DNA from: Dicyema japonicum
Lineage: Eukaryota; Animalia; Dicyemida
Direction of reading: 5' to 3'
Assembly: GCA_011109175.1 (NCBI GenBank)
Contig: RDEW01000004.1
Location: 1,016,030-1,080,029, forward strand
DNA length: 64,000 bases
Each line of letters opens with the position of its first letter. The first letter of the stretch is position 1. Position numbers and translations under genes: made by a program. The notes beneath the pieces were generated by a model. It searched no databases. It saw only the letters and a list, made by a program, of their open reading frames with translations, and was not told the DNA's origin. Shown here piece after piece: positions 24,740-37,002 of the stretch.

Positions 24740-27700
24740 GCACTTTTCACGAAAGCCATAATGCCCCCCATGTGCAACACTCAAAACAATATTTATAGTT
24801 AATCTCTTCCATCTTCCTCTGTCGAATGCTAGTGATCTCAATTCGTCCAGGTCGTCCCCCGTCTTTAGATTTTTTTCTCACACGATTTAGATCTTTGTTT
24901 AAGGCAGTCGGAAGTATCGATCTAGGTAGTCCGTGGAAGGGTTTATCGTAACTGTCAAAGTAATCTTCCATCGCTTTGTTAGTGGGTGCGTCCGGGTTCA
25001 TTCTTAGTACATGCCCAAATAGCCTCCACCGGCCATCTATCACATCCTTGCTGATGTAAGAACACATACACTTGTTGTAGATACCAGTGGTGGATATTAT
25101 ACGTGGCCACTACATTCCGAGTGAGCTTTTTATTTGCCTTCTATGGAGCGATTCCAGTTTCAATAGTTTGTTGAAGGAACTTCCCCATGTCCCAGTGTTG
25201 TACTGTAAGATCGGTTTCACAAACGCGTTGTAAAGCCTGTATCTGATGTCTATTCCAAGTCCTTTGGCTCTTAGCCATCCTTTCTTCAGTTTAGCCATTG
25301 CCGCATTTTCCAGTGTTTTCCTCCTTAGTACATCTTCAGCGTCTCCTAGTAGAGAGCCGAGCTTATTAGTACATTTCCATCTTTCATGAGTAATATCGTC
25401 TTCTCTTTTGATTTCCTTATTTTCAGTTTTGTTTACATTTACGCTTAGAAACCATTCTCTTCAATGTCTCCTATATAACATTTACGGTGATCGCGGAGTG
25501 CAGATTCAAGGTTTATAGTGAATAGTAAAGGGGAGAAGGAATCACCCTGGGGTGTCCCAATCGTTGTTTTGAAACTGTGAAAAGTTGCTCCTTCTGTCCT
25601 TACAGATAGTCTTGTATTCGCAAGTAGTAGTCTGATTATCCTAACCGACGATTCATCCAATAATTGCTCAAGCATATTTATCAGTTTCTGTCTGTTTATT
25701 GAGTCAAAATCTCTGGAGAGATATATCCCCAACACGGTCGTTGCGACATGAATCTATGATGAGTTGCACAGCGCCATCTATGGCTCCATACAATGTCCGC
25801 TGTAGACCTCCCTTCTCAGAAACCACTTTGACTTGCTGGTAGATATCCGCCACACCCTTTATCCACTTGATTGTCAGGATCTTGCGTATCGTGTTCAGAA
25901 GTATGATCGAGCAAAGATTTTCTACTGGTCCTTCTGCTTTGTTCGGTTTTTGTATTAATAAACCATTTCCAAGTCCTAGATGGTTTAAAAGAAGTCATTT
26001 AGGGTTTTGCAATTGTTTCACTTTTTTAAATAAAACAAATTTATTTTTGTCAAAACATAAGTTAGTTAGCTGCCGCCCTCACTGCGTGGCAGTTCCCTCT
26101 CAGAATTGCGAGCGAAATTCGCTCAAATAGCCAGCGGTGTTCACGGAGATCTCTAGTGCATGAAGTGATCCGGTTTCCAAACGTCCGAAAAACTCGACTG
26201 TAGAAGGGGAGTAGGATTCAGAAGTCTCCATAAAGAGGGGAACAAATTTGACATTATCGGAAGGTCGACGTATTTTTCCAGTTTGGCCTTTTCTGCCTTG
26301 ACGGCTGCAGAGCAGGCCCATGAAACGCACTCGTGAAGATTGTTCAGGGCGAACGTGTCTGTAAATGTCACGTCCCAAACAAGTGGTTTCACGGCCTCAA
26401 AGGGAAATATGGAAATCCCGTCCGGTCGTTTCCCGCCATTTCTGCATAACCCGACCGGTTCAAGAATGGCCAAGTATCCAGCAGTATCCATAGACCGCTT
26501 GACAATCTCATTCAGAGCCTTGTGCTTTGGAGATCTGCCAGCCCTCCTCTTGCAGTCAAAAGGGTGCAGGCCATAGCAGTCTATCAGGATGCCACATCGA
26601 CACGAGTGAAATACACATACTTGTTTCACTAAGTTTTTTTGACCCATATTTATGTTGTCTGGCCCAACACTCTTGTTATTTTTCAGTTTTTTATAGCTGA
26701 TTCAACTTCTTCCGCTGTGATGGCATTAATGCCCTCGCTTCTCACTGGAAAGGAGGAAATTCCTTATTGTCTGTATTTGGCAACTTTTCAAAATGACATG
26801 CATTAATTCGGCTTTTTCTTCTGGGTTACCCACGAATTTTCATTTGTTGTCTTTGATTGTAATAATTTCCCGTGAATATTGTCTGTTAATCTTTTTGATT
26901 TTCCATTTTAGTTCCCTTTGTTGGATTTTAAGCTCTGTTTATACTCTTGTCTGACATGTTTGCTGCTTTTATCCTTACCTCCTTCAATGCTTTGTCATGT
27001 GATCCAATTTTAGGGCGTAATGGTTTCGAACTCCAAGGCATATATCAGCAGACTTGTTGATTATCTGCATTGTTTGATCCCACAGAGTTCGTATTCCGGT
27101 ACGGTTTTCTCTATGAGTCCCGATTTGTTCGTGATATTTAGCACTACAGTGGGCTCTAAACACATTTTTTCTGTCTGAAAGTATATATTTGGCCTTTACC
27201 ACGTCTTCTTCGAGTTTTCAATATATTTTTTATCAGTCAAGTGTTTTTTACAGATAGTTCTCAATAACGATCCTATGGTCGCTGTCAGTTGTTGTCCTCT
27301 GGTAGGAACGTGCATCATTCGGCAGATAATGTAGTCGATTTGATTATATATATTTACGGTCTCCCCGACGAAGTTTTTTTGTCCATGCCATGTCGTCTTA
27401 TGGCAAGCTGAGTGCGTGAAGCCGTGTTGCACAGAAATAGGCTATTTGCCTCATAGAAGTTCACCAGAGAGGCTCCATATGCATTTCTCCTTCCGCTCCC
27501 GTGTCTTCTAATAGAGGATTCTTCGGGTTCCATTAGCATTCCGGCCTTTGCATTCATATTTCCCGCAACAAAGACAATGGACGAGGAAGCATTATTCAAA
27601 TATATGCTTAATAGTTGTGAGTAGAATTCCTCGAACTCATCAGGGTTCTTGATTACTCATAGACATTGTGGTGCATAGACATTTATGACAGTTAATAGAA

Positions 27701-28085
27701 TCTTGGACGGGCAGAGATCATTTTGTTTTATTTGAAGAACACATATTCAGTCGTTGACTCTCCAATAGCGATGTAGTTTTTTTGAAATAATCCACGTGTA
27801 AGGTAAATCGCATTCCGTAGTGCTTGCATTCAGCCGGGAAGAGAATCAGTAGTTGTTCCATGTCTCATCGCGTCCATTTTCGATTTTCGTCTCTTGTAGG
27901 CAGCCAATAGATATTTTGTATTTCTCGAGATCGTCACAAAGTACTTTCCTTGTCCAATCTTTCGATATTCCACGTACGTTGAACGTCGTTAGCCTCACAA
28001 GTTCTCGATTGTATAATGAGTGTTTTTAGACATTTTTCTCAACTGTTATCCAAGTAAGAAACGAAGCACGTCACCACGTCACCAA
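24740..28085 (-). mobile_element. RTE-like LINE, near full length, carrying a nested CRE fragment
   Basis: TFNVRG, QETKI, INVYAP, KLKNNKSVGPDNI, GTPQGDSFSP, LYNAFVKPIL, RWRLFGHVLRM. Confidence 0.88.
26023..26620 (-). mobile_element. 5'-truncated CRE-like insertion with 10-bp TSD
   Basis: CRCG..HPFDC, EPVGLCRNGGKRPDG, WDVT..KYVD; TTGTTTCACT at 26013-26022 and 26621-26630. Confidence 0.9.
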
Positions 28086-28201
28086 AAAATTGTAGAAAAT
28101 TATCGCACATGAAAACCCTAATAATAATAAAATGTTAACAAAAATTTGTAAGTTTGTATTTAAATATATTAAAAATAAATCCACTGACTACGAATTAAGC
28201 A

Positions 28202-30426
28202 ATGACTGAAAGAGTACAAGTAGTTGTTAGATGTCGTCCATTAAACGAACGGGAAACTAAAATTAGCACAAATTCCGTTATATCTGTTGAAGAAGAAAAC
28301 TCAGTAATCGAATTAGCAGATCCTTCATCCTCAGATCCTCGCCGATTTACTTTTGATGGTGCTTATGGTCCTTCAATTTCAACTGGGACTATTTACGACA
28401 GCCTGATATACCCGCTTATAGAGGTTTTGCAATTTTTGGCATTCAAAGGAAGTCCTAAACGGGTTCAATGCAACAATATTTGCTTATGGACAGACAGGAT
28501 GTGGCAAATCATTCACCATGGAGGGTCCCGAGCATCCTCCGATCAGTTAGGGATAATTCCGAGGTTTTAAAGTTTTTCCATGATTTAATTATTCACTGTC
28601 TCATTCATAGGGCATTTGAGCAACTTTTGAGAGCATGTCAGTTTCTAAGGACGCAAAATTCTTGGTTCATGCCTCCTATTTGGAAATTTATAATGAAAAT
28701 TTGTTTGATTTGCTTGACTTTCGAAGCGGAAAGTTAGATATTGCCGAGCATCCCCAAAAGGGCGTTTATGTTACCAGTAAAAATACAATTAATCTCAGAT
28801 ATTTCACGACATCAAATAAACAGCGTTGAAAAATGCAAAAAGTTGATGTCAGTGGGTCGACGCAATCGAGTAATCGGTGAAACACAAATGAATCGGGATT
28901 CCTCTCGGAGTCACGCTATTTTCATCATCGACGTTGAGGCTTCCATAATTGGAGAATTCGGGAAAGAGAAAATAATCGCTGGGAAATTAAATCTGGTTGA
29001 CTTGGCTGGGAGTGAAAGACAGTCAAAAACTGGTATTTTTGGTTTTCCGTTATTTTAAATCATTATTTCACTGCTTTTTAGAAACGACCGGAATTCGGTT
29101 TAAAGAAGCGATAAAAATAAATTTATCCCTTTCTGCTCTGGGAAATGTGATTTCTTCGTTGGTTGACGGAAAGCGTACTCACATCCCTTACAGAGATTCT
29201 AAGTTAACAAGATTACTTCAAGTTAGGGAAGTCTTACCTTTTAGAATTCACTTGGGGGAATTCGAAGACAATGATGATTGCTTGTGTTTCTCCGTCAAGC
29301 GACAGCTTCCACGAGACTCTGAGTACATTAAGATATGCGAATCGTGCAAAGAACATAAAGAATGTTCCTAAAATTAACGAGGACCGCGTGATGCTATGCT
29401 TAGGCAATATAGGGAAGAGATTTCTCGTCTCAAGAATAATTTAGGCAAAGATTACGGTATTTTGTGGAATGGAATATCCTTTTAGAGAAATATTGGCGGA
29501 ACACAGCACCAAGTTGCATTTGGAGCACTCGCGTGAAATTGAAAATCTCATGGCACAATTTGAGAGGGAGAAACAAAGTTGGATGGAGAGGTCAAATGTC
29601 GACCTGACTGTGAAATATGATGAGACCAACAAGGAAATAATACAGAACAGGTAAACACAGTCGGATTTCAAATATTTTAGGTTAATTGAGCTTGAAAGTG
29701 GTCTCGTTGGTGGTGAGGAGGTCGACAATGAGAAATTGAACGCAGCTCATCAGAGGAAAAAGAAATTAGCCAAAAAAGTTAAAAAAATGGCGGGTTTATT
29801 AAAACCATAAAATAAAAGTTGATGAGTTTGACGACGACCTGATGATGAGCATGTATCAGGACATCCATAATAAAGTGGTCAACACATCAGTTTTATACGA
29901 AAATGAATGCAAAAAGGTAAATATTATCTAAATAGGGATAACTCACAATTATATTACAGATTAGGTCAAAGTTATAAACAAGAACTCCAAGATACGAAGG
30001 AAGAGTTCGCGGAGACGAGGGAAAATTATTTGGAGTTCATTAGGGAGCAGCAGAAGCAGATTGAATATTTAAATTCTTTCATTGAAAAAATTCATTTTTG
30101 TATCCCAAAAGAGTCAAATTATTCAAATCTCGATAAAGTCAAGTCTAACTCATTGTGGGATGAGGGGTGCAATCACTGGACTCTTCCTCAGTTTCATGTT
30201 GAGAATTTATCTTTGCCGAGTAAAATTATAATTTAAGTGAGATGTTGACAAAAATGACTATCCTCGAAGAAGTTCAAACCGAAAGGAATCCATCTCATTA
30301 ACTCGAGGTGATTTAATAATTCATATAATAGATAAGGTGAATCCTTCCTTTTCACTTAATCATGAACAAAAAGGTGCTGACCATGAACAACTTCCCAGAA
30401 GACCATTTAGGCTTAATCCACTTTAA
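28202..30426 (+). CDS. KIF17: kinesin-2, KIF17/OSM-3 type, multi-exon, with 4 apparent single-base assembly deletions
   Basis: [66 protein letters not shown]; KIF17-type tail [13 protein letters not shown] and RPFRL. Confidence 0.93.
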
Positions 30427-30554
30427 AAATAAAAAAAATAATTTCATTAAAAATACAAAATTAAATTATTATATTGAATTTTGCATATTTACCCTATTTC
30501 AGGGTCATGATTCTGACACACTTCCATCACGCAGGAAACTTAAGATAATATCAG

Positions 30555-31610
30555 AACCACTCTTCTTTTGTGAGAGAGAGGTGAGGGATACAATACATTC
30601 CGTAAAACGACATGCTCCCACGGACCAGATAACATTCCTGTTATCTTATCAAAAAATCTTGGAGACGGAGGAATCACTTTCATAACATCGATATTCAACT
30701 ATTCAATTAATCAAAATGTGACACCGTTGTTATGGAAACAGACTCTAATACGGCCACTACTGAAACCAGGAATATCGATTGAGGACCACCATCTTTTAGA
30801 CCGGTGTCATCGCTATATTTAATGTTAAAAATTCTGGAAAGGCTTGAGCTCGGGAGAATAATAGAATTTTACCAAAAAAGAATTTTCAACATGGATTCAA
30901 AAATGAGAGATCCACGTCTATACTTGCAAACATTGACCAAATTCATTCGAATCGGATTCACAACCAAGCCGAGACACTTTAAAACAGTGCTCTGCTCGAT
31001 CAACATACATAAGGCTTTTGACTCAGTCTCGAGGAAGATTCTATCAAGAAAAATATTTCAATCGGAGATCCCAAGGAAGCTAAATCCACAGATGTCAAAG
31101 GATCTTGGGTGTAACAATTGATATGCATCTCTGTTTAACACCTCACGTAGAAAACATTCTATTGAAATGCGAGAAGAAACTGAACGTATTAAAAAGTTTA
31201 TCGGGAATATGGAAGAGTGGTACTCACCCAGTCTTTATGAACGTATAAAAACAATACATTGAGCCATGTTTCTCATATGCATGCGCCTCGTGGGGTCCGT
31301 CCATATCTTGGACAAATATGAGGAAAATTGAGGAAATGCAAAAGAGGGCTTACAGAGCAACGGAGCGTGGATTGTGAAGATCATCGACCCGGACCTACGC
31401 CTCTGGAGGCCCTTATGAGACTTGACTCCAGATCACGGAAAATTGGCCCTGAAAATTCAGGCAGCCGTCCTGTACGTTCATGCGCGGGCATGAAGGAAGA
31501 ACGACGGGCAAAGATGAGGTCTTTGTTAGAATGCATCGGGATCACGTGATAATTAGTTTTGTTTTACCGTGGTCTTGGGTTAAATAAATAAAAATAAAAT
31601 AAAAATGACC
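30555..31610 (+). mobile_element. Vingi-like LINE fragment (RT N-part joined to 3' end)
   Basis: LCSINIHKAFDSV; ends LLECIGIT* with 3' UTR ACCGTGGTCT and A-rich tail. Confidence 0.8.
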
Positions 31611-31619
31611 GAGCTCCTA

Positions 31620-31860
31620 GACAGAATTTAACCACGTGGTTCTATGTGGATATTTGACTAAAGATTTCAGTTTATTTCTTATGTTCCCCTCTTCCCTTTC
31701 GATTAGAGTGGGGTCATGTGATCCACCCGTCTCAGGTGGCGTCCAGTGCCATGGTAGCACGAAAAAGGATCATTTTCTCTCTCTTACTCCACTGGAGGGG
31801 TTCAAATTCAAGGAATAGACTTCTACCTTTTATGTTGGTTCCGTTACTTGTGCGAAGTTG
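31620..31860 (+). repeat. short dispersed element containing the ribozyme-like fold
   Basis: Homologous over about 230 bp to 48180-48400 and in part to 56645-56760, 57285-57400, 46870-47250 and 2278-2360. Confidence 0.75.
31710..31772 (+). ncRNA. candidate HDV-like ribozyme
   Basis: P1 GGGGUC/GGCGUC (1 mismatch), P2 UGAUCC/GGAUCA, P3 ACC/GGU, P4 (G)UGC..GCA, then C-GAAAAA. Confidence 0.55.
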
Positions 31861-32873
31861 AAGGACTCTGTTTATGTAACAGTGGAAACTTAAGTTGTTT
31901 ATTGTTAACTTTTTTCTCGATGTATCTGGGTTAATAATAATAATGATCGAGTTCCTTTGCAGGTATTTTCTGTACTTCCAGAAAACGATGGGATATCTGG
32001 TGAACTACACGAGGAAAGTCCTGAAATTGTTAGAGGTTGAGCTCACTTAATTATTTGTAAATGTTTATAATAAATCATAATTATGCCTTCGATAAGTCTC
32101 GCACTATATTTATAAAATTGTCTTTTCAAATCGTAAGATTGTAATAATCCTTTTCACATTCTTAGATATTGGGGTAACTTTCATTTTGATTAGGCTTCGA
32201 GGGATAAATGCTTCTTTAAACCAATCTTGTAGAGAATTCTGGAGTTCCTCGATCAATTGAGACTTGTAAAAGCAAGGTGAACCGAATAATGGTTCCTCCA
32301 ACAAATTGGTTTGTGGTTTTGAAGGGTAACTCTCATAAATTAGCGAACTTTGAATTATCTTGAAGTTTGAATAAATTCGTGGTTAAATTCCTTTTCTTTT
32401 TATTCCGCCAATGAGTTCTCTCCAAGTAGCGTGTGATTGGTACTAAGACAAATAGAACGATCAATCGAAAGTCTGTCTTGAGAACCATTGACGACTGACA
32501 ACACTAGAGCTATGATGTCTTGAAACCCAGTAGATCTTCAAGTTTATATGGGGATAACAGCGTGTCAGTCATGTCGATGGGAATAAAAATCAATTAACTT
32601 TAAATAACAAAAATAAGGAGAACAAAAGTAAAAAATGGTTTTTATGTTCTTGTTTATTTTTAATGATTTTGTAGAATCTTGGGATTTTGTAGCTAATTGC
32701 AATACGAATGTCATTTTCAGACAATTTCTGTTTAAGACGATAGGAAATAAATTTTCACTACTAAACTCCAAAACTCATCCAATTTACAATTGTGGAATTC
32801 TATTTGAAGTGCAACAAATAACTAGAAATTTTTCAAATCGCGCATCCCTTAAATTTTTACTGCGAGCACCACC

Positions 32874-32888
32874 GGTTGTGAACCCCTG
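32874..32888 (-). mobile_element. solo hAT (Charlie/Buster-like) terminal inverted repeat
   Basis: CAGGGGTTCACAACC adjacent to the 8-mer AATTAGAG (central TA); partner end not found. Confidence 0.35.
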
Positions 32889-33117
32889 AATTAGAGCATG
32901 TTAACCATATTGATAAGATTTTAATAGACGATATCGAATTCCATTCTAATGATAGTGAAATACCACATGGAAATAGATTAATAGAAATTGCAGATAATTG
33001 TCTATAACAAAAGCAAAAAAAGTCGTTAACAAAATGATTGCGACACGACTCAGAGACCCTCTCGAATAGAGATTATTTTCACAACGCATGTTATCGTCCA
33101 CGGAAATAGCCGCAATC

Positions 33118-33368
33118 TCGTGGGAGGTGGAACATGAAGTAACAATGGACAATATCTCTTGGGAGGTGGAACATAAAATAACAATGAAAATATCTCTTGG
33201 GAGGTGGAACATGAAGTAACAATAGACAATATCTCTTGGGAGGTGGAACATAAAGTAACAATGGACAATATCTCTTGGGAGGTGGAACATAAAGTAACAA
33301 TGGACAATATCTCTTGGGAGGTGGAACATAAAGTAACAATGGACAATATCTCTTGGGAGTTGGAACAT
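33118..33368. repeat. 39-bp minisatellite, 6 full units plus a partial unit
   Basis: Unit TGGGAGGTGGAACATAAAGTAACAATGGACAATATCTCT; unit 2 is 38 bp. Confidence 0.95.
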
Positions 33369-33809
33369 GTTTTGTTACTAAATTATTTGTAATAAAATAA
33401 TATTAATAAAAATTTATTTATTCTGACAATTTAAAATTAAATTGAACGACAAAATATTGTCTAGTTTATATATTTAGTAATATTATTATTACAACCCCGG
33501 GAACACAGGAAAAGTTATCTAAATAAAGTTATCCTGTCAGTGGATTTCCCTCTGTTTCCACTTTGTCTGGAATCTTCCACGAGTGTCCAAAGTGGAGAAA
33601 GGTTGTTTCCAAATTTACTAACATACTCCTGGTAGAAATGAATCTCTCTTCGGGGATATTAATGACAAAATTGTTCGGTTAAACAGTCACCACTCAATCG
33701 AATAAAAATTAGATATCGATTCGAATTCTTATCGGCAGAGAATTTCTATGGAAATATAAAAAATGAAAAAATTATTTAAATGAACAAAATCTGATCAAAT
33801 AGAATTTAA

Positions 33810-34748
33810 TTAAATTTTCTCAAGATAATGAATTAATGACGTGATCCCATTAATGAAGTTGTCGTCTAATTCATTGGAGGGCAATGCATGGGCGAAATCA
33901 ATCATTTTTACGACAAACCCATCGTTGATCTCTTCAGAATTAGAGAAATCGTTTTCATAGATAATTAAAACTGAGCTAGCAATGAACCTCCAGTGTTTCT
34001 GAATTTTGAAAATTTGCAAAAGGTCTTTCAATTTTTTAATTACCGGCTGAAGAAACATCATCCCATTTTTGAAGAAAAGAGCAAGAGCTAAAATAAAGGG
34101 GACTTTCACCGTCAATTGTAGTTTCCGGGGTCAATTGCAAGCCATACTGCTTCCCATAAAAATCATAGACTCCATTGAGATACCCAACCTTAAAGTAAAG
34201 TCAAGATTTACCCGCATACCACAAATTCTGAATTGTATTTCTGAACAATATGGAAATTTTTTAAGTTTGCGTTCCTTAACATCTTCAGTCTCCCAAGTCA
34301 CGTATCCAATTTTTATATCAATTAATGATGGGGAATAAAATCCGAACGAGAGGTTTTCGAGACACAGATAATCTAGCAGTGTCACCCAAATTATCACATT
34401 CGTTAGAGTCGGAACAAGATAGAGTCCGGTAATAATCAGGGGAGAACTCATAGAGGGACGTTCAATGCTATCAGCTTTGGAACTGGAAATAGTTTTGTAG
34501 TATTTTTCCTCCCTGGATCCTCTTATATCGGTTTTAAGTTTTTTTAGGATTTTTTTATCCCCATAACTTAGAAATTCTTGTTTATATAGTTTTAGTAAAA
34601 TACCGTATTTTTCGCCCTTTGTGCTGATACCACCGACTTGATGAAAATATGGGGTCGTTTCGTTCAAAACAAAATCATCCTATTTTAATTAATTTAATTA
34701 TAAATAATATTTTTGTAAATAAATTAAAACATTATTTCCGTGTTCCAT
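33810..34748 (-). CDS. IPMK: inositol polyphosphate multikinase (IPK2/ArgRIII family), multi-exon
   Basis: HQVGG, RGSREEKYY, PSLIDIKIG (PxxxDxKxG), FRICGM, SSVLIIYE, VKMIDFAH, NFINGITSL; start codon inferred via a short first exon. Confidence 0.88.
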
Positions 34749-35479
34749 CTTGTGTGACTGATTGAGACTCAGTTAAATACTAATATTTATAAAGAAAATT
34801 GATTTCACGAATACAATTCGCGTAATTGAATTAAAATATATTTTATAATCCCTATATATTATTCTTTATTTACTGTTTTTAATTAATCAATGATTTATTG
34901 ATTTATTCCCAATTAACAGTTTTAGAAAATCATCATTAAATATTTTATAATTTTAAGTTATTTAAGAATCTTGCATCATACTACCTCATGTAAAGGATTT
35001 AACATTTATGCTAAGACTAGCTCTCATCATCAAGCTCTAGCAAAAGGCTTTTATGTTAACTACTGATACATCGCCCTGCATTCATTAAAAGATATTTGCA
35101 ATTAATCCGTATTAATCCTAAGCCTGTTTTAACAGGAGATATAAGCTTGGTTTATATCTCCTATTTTTGGAATTACTTATTTTGGAGGCTGTAAATTTAA
35201 TACTAGTGATTGGATTTTTATGCAAAATTTTATTAATAATTCACCTATCATTATCGCAGGGCCAATATTTCGGAAGAGGCATTGTATCATATTCACCCTT
35301 CCCTACTTTTGAGAGTAGCCCAAACTCCTCAGTGCTTGTGAGAAATGCTTCAGGCTTGATCGACAATAATTGAATAACATACTTTTACCACATGACTAAA
35401 TTATTTTGTAAAAGTGAATTTTAGACCTCGTTTAAGTCAGGGATCTGGCTGCTCTCAAAATTGAGAACGTATTTCTCTT

Positions 35480-35830
35480 GACAATTTGCAAGGAAATGCG
35501 GGAGAATTGAGCATGCTATACGATTCTCGTGAGAATTATTCCTGTGGTTTTGACAAGGGACGGGATTATCTCTACGTGTTACGGAAATCAATTGAAAGTC
35601 TTTCGATTGATGTGGCAATAAGAGCTTATATTCAATCGGCGCTGTTAAAGAAAACATTAAAGGCTATTATTGCTGACCACAAACATGGAGTCAGGACACC
35701 AATTGAGGAATTCCTTTACGCGTAGAGGCGACTGGAAAAGCGGGCAACGCATTAAATTGACGAAGCGGTGGACATACAGTCGAAGGAAGAAGTAAGGTGG
35801 CTGGTGAAGATCCTCTAAAAAAAGAAGGAA
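35480..35830 (+). pseudogene. possible Merlin/ISXO2-like transposase remnant
   Basis: NYS..F....KSIESL and HGV..IEEFLY..RR loosely match ISXO2 motifs NHS..F..IESLW and H...LDEF.WR; contains stops. Confidence 0.3.
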
Positions 35831-35939
35831 TAATCATACTTAACATTATTTATTTAATTTCTTCAAAACTTTTTTAATTCTGAAATTTACACAATTTTTG
35901 AAAATTATTTTTTAAATATTTAAAAAATAAAAGCTGCAA

Positions 35940-36240
35940 GCTGTTCGATAGCCTTTAAACATTCCACTTTCGAAGCCTCTTGGTTAACAATTCCACCGTG
36001 TGACTGGAAAACGTAATTAGAGAGTTGAAAGTTACTCTAAGAATATTCTGGATTCGGGTAGAAGGAACAAGTATGTCTCCGAAGAATAGCTCGAGTCCAC
36101 CCTTAAATCTCTTGTCTGCAGTGAAACAGGGTGAACTGAGACTTGGATGCAGATGCAGACAACATATTGTGAATAGTCTTGATTTTAAAGTGTTTTTATT
36201 GACTTTTCCATTTCAGCCATATATTGATGTTTGTATGTAA
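35940..36240 (-). mobile_element. Vingi-like RT C-terminal fragment
   Basis: Nucleotide homology to 42510-42740; minus strand encodes a LGVTF..L.TFS.H-type segment. Confidence 0.65.
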
Positions 36241-36839
36241 ATTCGAATTAAAGCTCTTCGAAGTACACAATCGAGGATCGTCGACTAAGTAGTGATGTTC
36301 TTGTTAGGACCAAATTATATCGCTTTGAACGATATCAGATATGTTGTATTAGGAGAATTCAACAATCCAATCATCACAGCAACGTATCTTTGGCCCCGGA
36401 TTTTTGTTTCATCCGTAATAGTAAAAACTTTTGGATCACCAATCAAAATAATTTTAACCTTATAATTTTTAATTTTAACTTTTTAACCAAATAATGTTGC
36501 TTAAAATACATTTATAATAAAATATCACAGTCTGATAAATCTTCACTTACAAAAAACAACTGAATTGTCTAAATTTAAAAATCTAGACATTAATAAATAA
36601 TATACATTTCCAGCTAATAGTTAGTTTAAAAAAGAGTGTTTTTGTCCCTCAGATAACCAACATCCCCATCAAAATAAACGTAAATACTGTATTATTTAAA
36701 AATTTATTTAAATATAGGTTTACCATTAAAAAATAATAAATTTAAAAAATTATAACTTAATAAAATTAATAAAATTTAACTTAATAAAATTAAAAATAAA
36801 ATTTAAATGTTTAATTTATTTAATCAACATTTTTTTGGT

Positions 36840-37002
36840 TTAGGTGGTGACGTCCCTCTTGAAAATATTTCTTCTTCGCGCTTAATTACCCGTTGCCATT
36901 CTCTCTTGGTACTTTCAACACTCGAGGCTTCAAGTTCATCACCAAAAAACATCAACTCGCACGTGATTTATCTATCCATGGTGTCAGTATTTGCTGCATT
37001 CA
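36840..37002 (+). mobile_element. RTE-like LINE 5' end running into the gap
   Basis: GGTGGTGACG head; FSLGTFNTRG..LARDL..VSICCI. Confidence 0.75.

Noticed and set aside
28530-29390. programmed frameshifting or insertional RNA editing in KIF17
   Set aside because: All four events shorten homopolymers, the typical long-read error pattern
31773-31820. degenerate 2A remnant in the short repeat family
   Set aside because: Similarity to LLLLSGDVE is weak, there is no NPGP, and block order differs from the 45 kb element
33118-33368. CRISPR-like array
   Set aside because: Units are contiguous with no unique spacers, there are no cas genes, and the context is eukaryotic
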